NCBI RefSeq assembly: GCF_009557235.1
Contig: NZ_CP045650.1
Location: 1,800,001-1,832,000, forward strand
DNA from: Acinetobacter wanghuae
GTDB lineage: Bacteria > Pseudomonadota > Gammaproteobacteria > Pseudomonadales > Moraxellaceae
Length of the DNA stretch: 32,000 nucleotides
Direction of reading: 5' to 3'
Below, in pieces: positions 1 to 9,228 of this stretch. Position 1 is the stretch's first letter, and each line of letters opens with the position of its first letter. The notes under the pieces are model-generated. The model searched no databases. It was not told where the DNA came from and saw only the letters and a list, made by a program, of their open reading frames with translations. The position numbers and the translations under genes are program-made.

Positions 1-1187
1 GCTTCATCACCTTTCGCATCTAGGATATCAGCAATCCAAGCTGCCAAATCACGTACTTCAGCTTCGCCGAAACCACGTGTTGTTACCGCTGGTGTACCAA
101 TACGGATACCAGAAGTCACAAAAGGTGAGCGTGGATCGTTTGGTACAGAGTTTTTGTTCACAGTAATGTGAGCTGCACCTAACCAAGCATCCGCTTCTTT
201 ACCTGTAATGTCTTGTTTGATTAAAGACAATAGGAATAGATGGTTTTCAGTCCCACCAGATACAACGTCATAACCACGTGCCATTAATACTTCAGCCATT
301 GCTTTAGCATTAACAACCACTTGTTTTTGGTATTCTTTGTATTCAGGTGCCATTGCTTCTTTGAAGCAAATTGCTTTCGCTGCAACCGCGTGAACCAAAG
401 GACCACCTTGGTTACCAGGGAATACTGCAGATTGAAGTTTTTTCTCAATCTCTTCGTTCGCTTTCGCTAGGATTAGACCTGAACGTGGACCACGAAGTGT
501 TTTGTGCGTTGTTGTGGTTGTTACATCAGCAATTTGTACTGGGCTTGGGTAAACGCCAGCAGCAACCAAACCTGCAACGTGTGCCATATCAACAAATAGA
601 TAAGCGCCCACTTTGTCCGCGATGTCACGGAAACGTTGCCAATCTACAATTTGGCTATACGCAGAGAAACCAGCCACGATCATTTTTGGCTTATGTTCAA
701 CAGCTAAACGTTCAACTTCCTCATAATCGATCTCACCTGTTTCAGGGTTTAGACCGTATTGAATCGCGTTATATGTTTTACCAGAGAAGCTTACTTTAGA
801 ACCGTGCGTCAAGTGACCACCGTGCGCAAGACTCATACCCAAAACTGTGTCGCCTGGGTTAAGAAGTGCTAAGTAAACTGCTGAGTTTGCTTGAGAACCA
901 GCATGCGGTTGAACGTTTGCATAATCAGCACCGAAAAGCGCTTTAGCACGGTCAATTGCCAATTGTTCAATAACGTCTACATATTCGCAGCCGCCATAGT
1001 AGCGTTTGCCTGGGTAGCCTTCTGCATATTTATTCGTAAGTTTTGATCCTTGCGCTTCCATGACTGCTGGTGAGCAGTAGTTTTCCGAAGCAATAAGTTC
1101 GATGTGCGCTTCTTGGCGAGCATCTTCTTGTGTAATCGCTTGAGCGATTTCTGGATCAAATTCAGCAACTGAGATATTGGCAAACAT
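1..1187 (-). CDS. glyA: serine hydroxymethyltransferase, C-terminal end cut by window edge
   Basis: Not in the ORF track because there is no stop in the window. Minus-strand translation from ATG (CAT at 1185-1187) reads [70 protein letters not shown]. The codons at the window edge read [41 protein letters not shown]. Both are classic GlyA. Tracked ORFs 371-799(+) and 977-1183(-) are shadow frames. Confidence 0.95.
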   Translation of the reverse strand, partial: MFANISVAEFDPEIAQAITQEDARQEAHIELIASENYCSPAVMEAQGSKLTNKYAEGYPGKRYYGGCEYVDVIEQLAIDRAKALFGADYANVQPHAGSQANSAVYLALLNPGDTVLGMSLAHGGHLTHGSKVSFSGKTYNAIQYGLNPETGEIDYEEVERLAVEHKPKMIVAGFSAYSQIVDWQRFRDIADKVGAYLFVDMAHVAGLVAAGVYPSPVQIADVTTTTTHKTLRGPRSGLILAKANEEIEKKLQSAVFPGNQGGPLVHAVAAKAICFKEAMAPEYKEYQKQVVVNAKAMAEVLMARGYDVVSGGTENHLFLLSLIKQDITGKEADAWLGAAHITVNKNSVPNDPRSPFVTSGIRIGTPAVTTRGFGEAEVRDLAAWIADILDAKGDE

Positions 1188-1449
1188 TAGCGAGGTCCTA
1201 TTAAATTAGGGCTTTTAAGCCGTGCTAAGATTGGCGCGTATTGTAGCATGAAGTTTCAGTTTTACGACCATGATCTTTGCTCAGTTTTCTATAAATTTAT
1301 TTCATTTTAAACATTCAGATCACTCATAAGTGGTCAAATCAAATGCTTGAATTAAAAATAGAGATTTTAAATCCTTCAATTTTAAAACGTATATCGTATA
1401 ATTTTAAAACACCTTGTTGCACTCACATGAACGAATATAAAAATATCCA

Positions 1450-1893
1450 ATGCTCGCACTTTTATTTTTCTTTATCCTCGGCTTGATTTTAGGTTATGCC
1501 TTTCGCAGCATGCAATCTGAGCCAACGAAGCCTAATACCATTCGACGCTATCAATCACAAATGACGCATCAACAAAAGCTATATCTGAAAAGTATGCATC
1601 AAACGGATAGTGATCGTATTCGTGAGTTAAATAAACTTTCTAGTAATCAAAGTATTTTTTTACGTTTACTAAAACAGACCTTTATCGATTTTGACATTGC
1701 AGTAAAAGATAATCGTTTCATTGTGCTCGATCGTGATTATTTTCCCATGGCGATCTTTGAATACCGTGATGGTCAAGTGCCAATGAAACTGATTGATCAG
1801 GAAGATGGACTACCCTTGCATCTCTATAAAGCTATGATTTCATCCGATGAACTCAAAAAAGACCATTCCGCGCTAATTTATGCAGCAAATTAA
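1450..1893 (+). CDS. hypothetical protein with N-terminal membrane anchor
   Basis: 147-aa ORF divergent from glyA. It has a hydrophobic N-terminus (LALLFFFILGLILGYAF) followed by a soluble domain. No family recognised with confidence. Confidence 0.55.
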   Translation: MLALLFFFILGLILGYAFRSMQSEPTKPNTIRRYQSQMTHQQKLYLKSMHQTDSDRIRELNKLSSNQSIFLRLLKQTFIDFDIAVKDNRFIVLDRDYFPMAIFEYRDGQVPMKLIDQEDGLPLHLYKAMISSDELKKDHSALIYAAN

Positions 1894-1973
1894 ACTTTTA
1901 TGCGTGTTTGACGAATCATTTTTTTAAAATTATCGTTAATATGAGATATCTCTCAATATTATGGTGCTAGTCA

Positions 1974-2672
1974 ATGCAGGCAATTATTCTCGATACCGAA
2001 ACCCATACACTCAATGGTCAGCCGATTGAAATTGCTTATGCGCCTGTCGAGATCAACAATCATAAAATCAGCTTAGATAAAAGCCGCCTGTTTGACCAAC
2101 TGTATAGTTGTGATGAACCGATCTCTTATGCAGCCATGGCGGTGCATCATATTTTAGAATCCGAATTGGTCGGTAAACCGCATTATTCTACTTTTCAGCT
2201 TCCGAGTGAGACCCAATATATTATTGGTCATAATATTGACTATGATATTCGTGCTTTAGAAAAATGTGGTATCGATTCCACCCCAATTAAAGCCATTTGC
2301 ACACTTGCTCTCGCACGCGTGGTGTGGCCAGATGCAGAAGCGCACAATATTTCTGCACTTATCTATATGATTACCAAAGGCAGTGAACGTGCACGCGACA
2401 TGATTCGTAAGGCACATCGTGCCGATATGGATATTATTTTAACGGCAAATATTTTAATGCATATTGTGCATCATCTGAAAATTAATAGCATTGAAGAGCT
2501 TTATGCAGCCTCTGAAGATGCACGTATCCCTCGCACGATTAACTTTGGTAAACACCGCGGGACTGCAATCGCTGACTTGCCTGCGGATTATGTACAATGG
2601 CTCATGCGTCAAGAAGATCTCGACCCTTATCTACGTAAAGCTTTGGAAAATAAAGCGATTGTAACGCTTTAA
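1974..2672 (+). CDS. exoX: DnaQ-superfamily 3'-5' exonuclease, exodeoxyribonuclease X-like
   Basis: IILDTETHTL (Exo I DxE), GHNIDYD (Exo II) and HRADMD (Exo III). The C-terminal FGKHRGTAIADLPADYVQWL resembles the E. coli ExoX tail (FGKYRGKAVSDV...YLRWL) as remembered. Confidence 0.8.
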   Translation: MQAIILDTETHTLNGQPIEIAYAPVEINNHKISLDKSRLFDQLYSCDEPISYAAMAVHHILESELVGKPHYSTFQLPSETQYIIGHNIDYDIRALEKCGIDSTPIKAICTLALARVVWPDAEAHNISALIYMITKGSERARDMIRKAHRADMDIILTANILMHIVHHLKINSIEELYAASEDARIPRTINFGKHRGTAIADLPADYVQWLMRQEDLDPYLRKALENKAIVTL

Positions 2673-2951
2673 TTGTAAATATATTTAATATCATCTAAGG
2701 CATTTCTTTTAGTGAGAGCTGCCTTTTTGATGTCCGTCTTCATCCGCTTATCTTAGCTCAGCCCCTGTTAGTCTTTAAACAAATGATATGAGTTGTTTTA
2801 GCAATCAATAATATGCTTTAAAAACAACTAAAATATTGATATTTATAAAAATAGATAAAATAGATTTATAACCAATTTCTTTGATCAAGACCTAAATCGT
2901 ATATCTGCATGACGTCAAAACACCGATAACATCTCTCATAGAAGTGTTCGA

Positions 2952-3317
2952 GTGATTGCCATGTATTATGCTTTAGAATTTGATGATTGTGATAATCCGA
3001 TGTATCTCAAAAAAGTAGGCAATTGGGTGATTACTTTTTTAAATGCGCAAGACTCAAACTACTCGATTCAGCTCGCGATGACCACAGTATTACCGCGCAG
3101 TGCCGATTCAGGAATGCAACTTCGTCGCATTATTTTGCAACAACATAAGCTGCCAAATCACTGGTGCATTCATCACATAGAATGTTTCGATAGTACATTG
3201 AATCAAGAATGTGTTTATGCGGCATCAGAGCCTGTTGCACAGAAAGCCATTGAACGTGTTTTAAAAGAATTTGAACGTTATGATGTCTGCATAAAGCTCA
3301 AAGAGATGAATGAATAG
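2952..3317 (+). CDS. hypothetical protein
   Basis: 121-aa ORF (GTG at 2952, ATG at 2961) followed by a strong terminator at 3333-3363. No family recognised. Confidence 0.5.
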   Translation: MIAMYYALEFDDCDNPMYLKKVGNWVITFLNAQDSNYSIQLAMTTVLPRSADSGMQLRRIILQQHKLPNHWCIHHIECFDSTLNQECVYAASEPVAQKAIERVLKEFERYDVCIKLKEMNE

Positions 3318-3332
3318 TTTCTTTTCCACAAG

Positions 3333-3363
3333 AAAAAAACTCACCTAAATGGTGAGTTTTTTT
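3333..3363. terminator. bidirectional rho-independent terminator
   Basis: A7-ACTCACC-taaat-GGTGAGT-T7, lying between convergent ORFs 2952-3317(+) and 3382-3606(-). Confidence 0.85.
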
Positions 3364-3381
3364 ATGAAAGACGACTAGTAC

Positions 3382-3606
3382 TTAGTTGACTTCAACCACA
3401 CGATAAATACTTGGAGAATGTTGGCTTTCAAATAATAATTCGATACTCGGTAAAATGATTTCATCGCCAATCACCACATGTTCAATTTTTTGCAGTAACT
3501 TTTGCATCTCAAGTGAATCATGTTCTGTATCTTGTGGCAGTACCGCTTTTGCATTAATGATTTGGCTAAATTGGTCTTTTACTTTTATATCAATCATCTT
3601 TTTCAT
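3382..3606 (-). CDS. hypothetical small protein (74 aa from internal ATG)
   Basis: The tracked ORF runs 3382-3636. The ATG at 3606 (MKKMIDIK...) is preceded by AGGAGA at good spacing, so this shorter start is preferred. Confidence 0.5.
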   Translation of the reverse strand: MKKMIDIKVKDQFSQIINAKAVLPQDTEHDSLEMQKLLQKIEHVVIGDEIILPSIELLFESQHSPSIYRVVEVN

Positions 3607-3771
3607 TTGATATCTCCTTCTCTTATCCAAAATCAAATTTTTTATAACATGCTTTCGGCATAATCGATGCCTATAAAATTGTTAGATTTTTTAGCAATGT
3701 TAATATCATGAAGCTTATTTATCATAAGTGATTGTTTTATTAAGTTTTCGATAAATTGTATGACAAAATAT

Positions 3772-3801
3772 AAAAAAAGCTCGCATTGCTGCGAGCTTTT
3801 T
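3772..3801. terminator. orphan bidirectional rho-independent terminator
   Basis: A7-GCTCGCA-ttgc-TGCGAGC-T5. On the minus strand it is followed by TTTTTTTATATTTT. No annotated gene ends here. Confidence 0.7.
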
Positions 3802-4076
3802 GTTGGATGGCTAGTGCTAGATTTGTTGCCTGTCAAAACAAGCTCAACTAACTGTCATTGATCCGTCCAACTCTTCAGTAGCGTCCTAGTTCAATGACCT
3901 ACTGTAGTTTTAATATAAGCAACATTTTTTCCTGCCGCAAGCCTCTTTTACATTTCTAAAAGAACATTCATACATAATTCAAATGGAGTTTTTTAGGGTT
4001 CATTTTATAATTATGCACTGTTTGATTGGCTCAATTTAGCGCAAAATAGTCCCTTCTCTTTTTCTCATTCGATCTT

Positions 4077-4616
4077 ATGCTTTGGCAATTGATTTTAAGC
4101 GATTTATATCGCTATACAGGCAGCACCTCTTTTAAAGCTTTACTTAAAACTTATCTATTTAATCGTGGTTTTAATTTTAGTGTTTGGCTACGCATTGCCA
4201 GTCAGAAATCTTTTATGGGTAAATGCGCCTACCCTATTTTTTATTATAAGAAGAAGAAATACGGCATTGATATTCACTGCACGACCCAAGTGGGTTATGG
4301 CTTATTCATTGGACATGGTGGTCCGTTGGTGGTGAATCCAACAACCATTATTGGTAATAACGTCAATTTATCGCAGTTCACGACAATTGGTGCCAACGGC
4401 GGCCGTCAAGCCGCCACGATTGGCGATAATGTCTATATCGGTCCCAATGTTTGTATTATCGATGACGTCAACATTGGTAATAATGTCACCATCGGTGCAG
4501 GTAGCGTGGTCACTAAAGATATTCCTGAGAATGCTACGGCGGTCGGAAATTATGCCAAAGTCATTCATTATGACAATGCAGCACAATCGGTGAATCGTCG
4601 TTGGATCATTCAGTAA
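4077..4616 (+). CDS. hexapeptide-repeat (LbH) O-acetyltransferase, serine acetyltransferase-like
   Basis: Imperfect hexapeptide repeats: IGNNVNLSQFTTIGANGG, IGDNVYIGPNVCIIDDVNIGNNVTIGAGSVV. The N-terminal helical region is typical of CysE/NeuD-type acetyltransferases. Confidence 0.8.
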   Translation: MLWQLILSDLYRYTGSTSFKALLKTYLFNRGFNFSVWLRIASQKSFMGKCAYPIFYYKKKKYGIDIHCTTQVGYGLFIGHGGPLVVNPTTIIGNNVNLSQFTTIGANGGRQAATIGDNVYIGPNVCIIDDVNIGNNVTIGAGSVVTKDIPENATAVGNYAKVIHYDNAAQSVNRRWIIQ

Positions 4617-4626
4617 TTTAAGCCAT

Positions 4627-4654
4627 AAAAAAGCTCCCAGTTGGGAGCTTTTTT
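4627..4654. terminator. bidirectional rho-independent terminator
   Basis: A6-AGCTCCC-agtt-GGGAGCT-T6, between the convergent acetyltransferase and ycaO genes. Confidence 0.85.
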
Positions 4655-4673
4655 ATGAATGTAGCTTTAAAAC

Positions 4674-6875
4674 TTATTGCGCAGCCACAAATTTTGCACG
4701 AGCCGCATGCAATTTCTTATAACTGTCGATCAGACGTAAATGACGGTCTAAACCTTCAAGTTTCATACTGGTTTCAGTCAAACCATAGAATTTGATTGAA
4801 CCATCTACAGAACCTAATACGGCGTCCATACGTTCATCACCAAACATACGGCGGAAGTTGTGTGCGTATTCTTCAAGTTCCATGTCATCATCAAGCATGA
4901 CTTCAAGTACCACGTTCATGCATTGATAGAACAAGCCACGCTCAACCGTATTGGTGTTGAACTGCAAGAATGCTTCGACTAAATCTTTCGCTTCTTCAAA
5001 CTGTTGCAATACTACATAGATCAACAATTTCAGCTCAAGAATCGTCAGTTGACCCCAAACCGTATTGTCATCAAATTCCACACCAATCAAGGTTTTGATT
5101 TCGGTGTAATCATCTGAATCACATTCTTCTAAACGTTCAACCAAAGCTTCAAGCTGCTCGTCGTCTAAACGGTGAATATTCAAGATATCTTCACGGTAAA
5201 GAAGTGCTTTGTTGGTGTTGTCCCAAACCAAGTCTTCAACCAAGTAAATTTCTGAATAATCAGGCACAAGAATACGGCAAGCGGTTGCACCAAGATGCTT
5301 ATAAACCGCCATATAGACTTCTTTGCCCATTTCTTCAAGAATGCCAAACATCGCAGCAGCTTCGTCAGCATTCGAATTTTGACCATTATTGGTGAAGTCC
5401 CACTCCACAAATGCATAGTCAGACTTCGAGCTAAAGAAACGCCAAGATACGACACCGCTCGAGTCAATGAAGTGTTCTACGAAGTTATTCGGTTCAGTCA
5501 CTGCATTTGAACTAAAAGTAGGTTTAGGTAGATCATTTAGACCTTCAAAACTACGACCTTGTAGAAGTTCCGTTAAGCTACGCTCAAGTGCAACTTCGAA
5601 GTTTGGATGTGCACCAAATGAGGCAAATACACCGCCTGTACGTGGATTCATTAAAGTCACACACATCACAGGATATTTGCCACCGAGTGATGCATCCTTA
5701 ACTAAGACTGGGAAGCCTTGCTCCTCAAGCCCTTTAATACCCTCAACAATTTTTGGATATTTGGCAATCACAGACTCAGGTACATCTGGCAGGGTAATTT
5801 CCCCTTCCAAAATTTCACGTTTTACGGCACGTTCAAAGATTTCAGACAGACACTGAACTTGGGCTTCTTCTAAGGTATTGCCCGCACTCATACCATTGGA
5901 AAGATATAAATTCTCAATTAAGTTCGATGGGAAATAAACCGTTTCACCATCAGACTGACGTACAAAGGGCAATGAACAAATGCCACGTTCAGTATTGCCT
6001 GAGTTGGTGTCATATAAATGCGTACCTAAAAGCTCTTCTTCAGGATCGTAAATTTCCAACGTGTATTCATCGAGAATTTCTTTTGGCAATTCACCATTTG
6101 GACCCGGTTTAAACCATTTCTCATCTGGATAATGCACAAATGCTGCATTGGCGATGTCCTCACCCCAGAATTGATCGTTATAGAAGAAGTTACAGTTTAG
6201 ACGCTCAATAAATTCGCCCAAAGCAGATGCCAAGGCACTTTCTTTGGTTGAACCTTTACCATTGGTAAAGCACATTGGAGATTGTGCATCACGAATATGT
6301 AATGACCACACATTCGGCACGATATTACGCCAAGATGCGATTTCAATCTTCATACCCAAACCTGCCAAGATGGCAGACATATTGGCAATCGTATCTTCTA
6401 AGGGTAAGTCTTTACCCGGAATAACTGTTTTTTGCTCAGAAGCCAACGAAGGCATCAATAATGCTTGCGCATCTGCATCAATACTTTCGACTTGTTCAAT
6501 AATAAATTCGGGACCGGTTTGAATCACTTTTTTCACGGTACAACGGTCAATTGAACGCAGAATTCCTTGACGGTCTTTTTCAGAAATATCGGCAGGCAAT
6601 TCAACCTGAATCTTAAAAATCTGTTTGTAACGATTTTCAGGATCGACAATATTATTTTGTGACAAACGAATATTATCGGTCGGAATATCACGCGCCAAGC
6701 AATACACTTTGACAAAGTAAGCTGCACACAGTGCTGAAGATGCTAAGAAATAATCGAATGGACCGGGAGCTGAGCCATCCCCTTTATAACGAATCGGCTG
6801 ATCAGCGATGACGGAGAAATCATCGAACTTCGCTTCTTGGCGAAGATTATCGAGATAATTAACCTTAATTTCCAT
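4674..6875 (-). CDS. ycaO: OsmC-domain / YcaO-domain fusion protein with C-terminal TPR-like domain
   Basis: 733 aa. Residues from about 148 align by eye along the whole of E. coli YcaO: VIPGKDLPLEDTIA..., ASWRNIVPNVWSLHIRD, CFTNGKGSTKESALASALGEFIERL, GMSAGNTLEEAQVQCLSEIFER, FGAHPNFEVALERSLTELLQGR, and tail DSYKKLHAARAKF. The first roughly 140 aa are OsmC-like (DQPIRYKGDGSAPGPFDYFLASSALCAAYF). Confidence 0.9.
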   Translation of the reverse strand: MEIKVNYLDNLRQEAKFDDFSVIADQPIRYKGDGSAPGPFDYFLASSALCAAYFVKVYCLARDIPTDNIRLSQNNIVDPENRYKQIFKIQVELPADISEKDRQGILRSIDRCTVKKVIQTGPEFIIEQVESIDADAQALLMPSLASEQKTVIPGKDLPLEDTIANMSAILAGLGMKIEIASWRNIVPNVWSLHIRDAQSPMCFTNGKGSTKESALASALGEFIERLNCNFFYNDQFWGEDIANAAFVHYPDEKWFKPGPNGELPKEILDEYTLEIYDPEEELLGTHLYDTNSGNTERGICSLPFVRQSDGETVYFPSNLIENLYLSNGMSAGNTLEEAQVQCLSEIFERAVKREILEGEITLPDVPESVIAKYPKIVEGIKGLEEQGFPVLVKDASLGGKYPVMCVTLMNPRTGGVFASFGAHPNFEVALERSLTELLQGRSFEGLNDLPKPTFSSNAVTEPNNFVEHFIDSSGVVSWRFFSSKSDYAFVEWDFTNNGQNSNADEAAAMFGILEEMGKEVYMAVYKHLGATACRILVPDYSEIYLVEDLVWDNTNKALLYREDILNIHRLDDEQLEALVERLEECDSDDYTEIKTLIGVEFDDNTVWGQLTILELKLLIYVVLQQFEEAKDLVEAFLQFNTNTVERGLFYQCMNVVLEVMLDDDMELEEYAHNFRRMFGDERMDAVLGSVDGSIKFYGLTETSMKLEGLDRHLRLIDSYKKLHAARAKFVAAQ

Positions 6876-7030
6876 GCGGGCACCTAATGGGCTTGTTGAT
6901 TATTATTGATCAACAAGTGTTTGAATCTGTTTGAATAAGCCGTATCACGGAGAAATTTTGACTTAAAATAGGGCGTTAGGGTTAAATCAAAGCTGCCAAA
7001 TCTGCAGCCGACACTAACAAGAATATGGCT

Positions 7031-7059
7031 ATTATAGTGTTATTTTAAGGAAATGATAA
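7031..7059 (-). promoter_or_regulatory. candidate sigma70 promoter for ycaO
   Basis: The minus strand reads TTATCA-N17-TATAAT (-10 at 7031-7036, -35 at 7054-7059). This would give a leader of about 150 nt. Confidence 0.35.
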
Positions 7060-7313
7060 CGCTCGGGTGGTTGTGTCGATTTTAAAATGTATGCATCGAA
7101 TGAAATAGCGTGGCTAGATCGCTTTGAATGTTCAGCTGATCGTTAAAATGCGTATTCAGTACCGCTAGAGAAAATTGATGATGCAAGCTTAATATTGAAT
7201 AAACCTGAAAATTATATTTTCTCATTTTTCGAGATAAATCCTATACTTTTCCATTAAAAATAAGCACAATATTCAACCAATAAATTGCAACTTTCAAATA
7301 AATAGAAATACTG

Positions 7314-8249
7314 ATGCTCGACATTATTCGCCTTATTATCCCTATTTTTATCACGATTTTACTTGGCTATTTGACTGTATCTTTTGGTTTATTGAACAAA
7401 GATCATTTTAAAGCGATGGGTTTATTTGTCATTAAAGTTGCCCTGCCTTGTATGTTGATCGTGAGTATTTCCTCTCAAGACTTTACTACATTACTACAAG
7501 TCCCTTATTTGGTCAGTTTCGGCTTGGTATCGTTTGTCGTGTTTAGCATTGCTTTATTCATTTACTTTAAATTATTTAAGCAATCTTTGACGCATGCCAG
7601 TGTGATGGCAATGGGAAGTTCGATGTCAAACACGGGCTTTATTGGCAGTGGCTTACTGTATTTATTTTTAGGAGAGAAAGCTGCCATTTATTTTGGTATG
7701 TCCTTTTTACTTGAAAACTTTATTGTCTTTTTACTGTTTTTAATCTGTTTAGAAATCGGAAAATCCAAAACGACATTTAAGAATATTCTTAAATCTGGCA
7801 TTTTAAGCATTATTCAAAATCCGATTGTCATCGCGCTGTTCCTTGGCTTTGTATTCAGTGCATGCGACATTGTATTGCCGCACATACTCATCAAAGCGCT
7901 ACAACCGATTGGTCAAACCGCTATGCCATTAGGTTTACTGGTGATTGGCGGCAGCTTGTATGGTATTTCAATCGCGAGTCAAAGTAATTTAGCACGCGAT
8001 GCAATGATCATCTCCACACTGAAACTTATTCTGATGCCGCTTTTGGTCTATAGCTTATTCCTACTGTTTCCGAGTGCAGATGCGGAAATGATCTTTGCTG
8101 GCACCTTACTCGCGAGTGTTTCGATGGTCGGGATTTTTGCAGTATTTGGTCAGCAATATGAAATGCAAAAAGTACCCGCCATCTTATTGATTTGTACGTT
8201 ATGTTCGATTCTCAGTTTAAGCACTGTGATTCATTTTTTACATGTTTAA
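7314..8249 (+). CDS. AEC (auxin efflux carrier / MdcF-like) family transporter
   Basis: 311 aa, about 10 predicted TM helices, with the two-halves architecture typical of the AEC family. Confidence 0.7.
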   Translation: MLDIIRLIIPIFITILLGYLTVSFGLLNKDHFKAMGLFVIKVALPCMLIVSISSQDFTTLLQVPYLVSFGLVSFVVFSIALFIYFKLFKQSLTHASVMAMGSSMSNTGFIGSGLLYLFLGEKAAIYFGMSFLLENFIVFLLFLICLEIGKSKTTFKNILKSGILSIIQNPIVIALFLGFVFSACDIVLPHILIKALQPIGQTAMPLGLLVIGGSLYGISIASQSNLARDAMIISTLKLILMPLLVYSLFLLFPSADAEMIFAGTLLASVSMVGIFAVFGQQYEMQKVPAILLICTLCSILSLSTVIHFLHV

Positions 8250-9134
8250 ATCATGTGATCTCGACTGTAATAATTGCTCCCAAAAGTAATTCACATTGTC
8301 GGGATCATTCATTTTATGCTTTAAAATATAAATGTGATTATTGAAACTGTAGGTTGAATCAAAACTCACTAAGCTGCCCGCTTTTAATTCTTTTTCCACA
8401 ATGGATGATGGTAACCATGCGATGCCCAGCCCCTGCATGACCAACTCACGTAAATCTTGTGCATTATCAGCTTCATACAGTTTTTTATATTTTAAATGTT
8501 TGAGTTTGTGATCAACAAAGCCTTTTAGAAAAGTTTCAGGTCCATATGCCAACAAAGGAAAAGGTTGATGAATATCATATTTTGCTTGATTTCCATCTTT
8601 GACACTGACGGGAATGACTTGAATTTCACTTAATTTAATATGCGCTAAAATCTGTGGATTCAAGGTTTGAATCAAATCTGCATCGCCATAACAAATTAGA
8701 AAATGACAAGCACCTTGCATCAGCTTTTTCAATCCTTCCCACAAATTGACACTCGATATTTCATAATGAATACCTTGCATCGAACTGGGTAAAGAACTGA
8801 TAAATTTTGGTAAAAACTGAGCAATCAGCGAATGTGAGATCGCAATTTTAATACTGCCCTGTTGTTCTTGTTGTTGTTCATTGAGTAAGTGCAGCGTGTC
8901 ATCCAATTGGCTTTTAATGCTCTTTGACGTCCGCAGTAAGATGCGACCCGCTTCGGTAAAATTCACATATTTACTATCACGATTAATCACATTAAAACCA
9001 AGAAGATCTTCTAAGTGCTGAATTCTTCGTGTAAATGACGATTGACTCACGCAGCGCAATTCTGCCGCTTTCGAAATTGTGCCCTCTGTTTCAAGGGCAA
9101 TCAAATCTTCAATCCAGCGAATTTCTAAGCTCAT
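8238..9134 (-). CDS. LysR-family transcriptional regulator
   Basis: N-terminal wHTH (ISKAAELRCVSQSSFTRRIQHLEDLLG). Divergent from aspA with a 94-nt gap. Its 3' end overlaps the convergent AEC gene by 12 nt. Confidence 0.85.
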   Translation of the reverse strand: MSLEIRWIEDLIALETEGTISKAAELRCVSQSSFTRRIQHLEDLLGFNVINRDSKYVNFTEAGRILLRTSKSIKSQLDDTLHLLNEQQQEQQGSIKIAISHSLIAQFLPKFISSLPSSMQGIHYEISSVNLWEGLKKLMQGACHFLICYGDADLIQTLNPQILAHIKLSEIQVIPVSVKDGNQAKYDIHQPFPLLAYGPETFLKGFVDHKLKHLKYKKLYEADNAQDLRELVMQGLGIAWLPSSIVEKELKAGSLVSFDSTYSFNNHIYILKHKMNDPDNVNYFWEQLLQSRSHDLNM

Positions 9135-9228
9135 GTTGCATCTTTAAATAAGTTCATTTTGCAAATATGCATTAATTGAATAGCTTGTGCAATAAATGCA
9201 TTAGAGAATATTTCAAAACGTTTCTAGT

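Noticed and set aside
371-1183. Tracked ORFs 371-799(+) and 977-1183(-).
   Set aside because: Both lie inside the clearly translated glyA frame (minus strand, start 1187). They are shadow or out-of-frame ORFs with low-complexity, unrecognisable products.
1188-1449. A riboswitch (ZTP or glycine type) or MetR box in the glyA leader.
   Set aside because: Only a TACAAT -10-like hexamer and a 5-bp hairpin were seen. TGAAGTTTCA has the wrong spacing for a MetR box. No conserved riboswitch core sequences were recognised.
3642-3836. 64-aa ORF on the minus strand.
   Set aside because: It reads through the strong terminator hairpin at 3772-3801, uses a non-ATG start and has no SD.
4351-4593. Overlapping ORFs 4351-4593(+) and 4368-4586(-) within the acetyltransferase gene.
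   Set aside because: Alternative frames of a hexapeptide-repeat gene commonly stay open. The 4077-4616 frame carries the real LbH repeats.
5180-6727. Seven short ORFs on both strands inside ycaO (5180-5467, 5204-5395, 5295-5510, 5467-5856, 5927-6112, 6244-6522, 6533-6727).
   Set aside because: All are nested in the 733-aa YcaO frame, which aligns end to end with E. coli YcaO. None has an RBS or a recognisable product.
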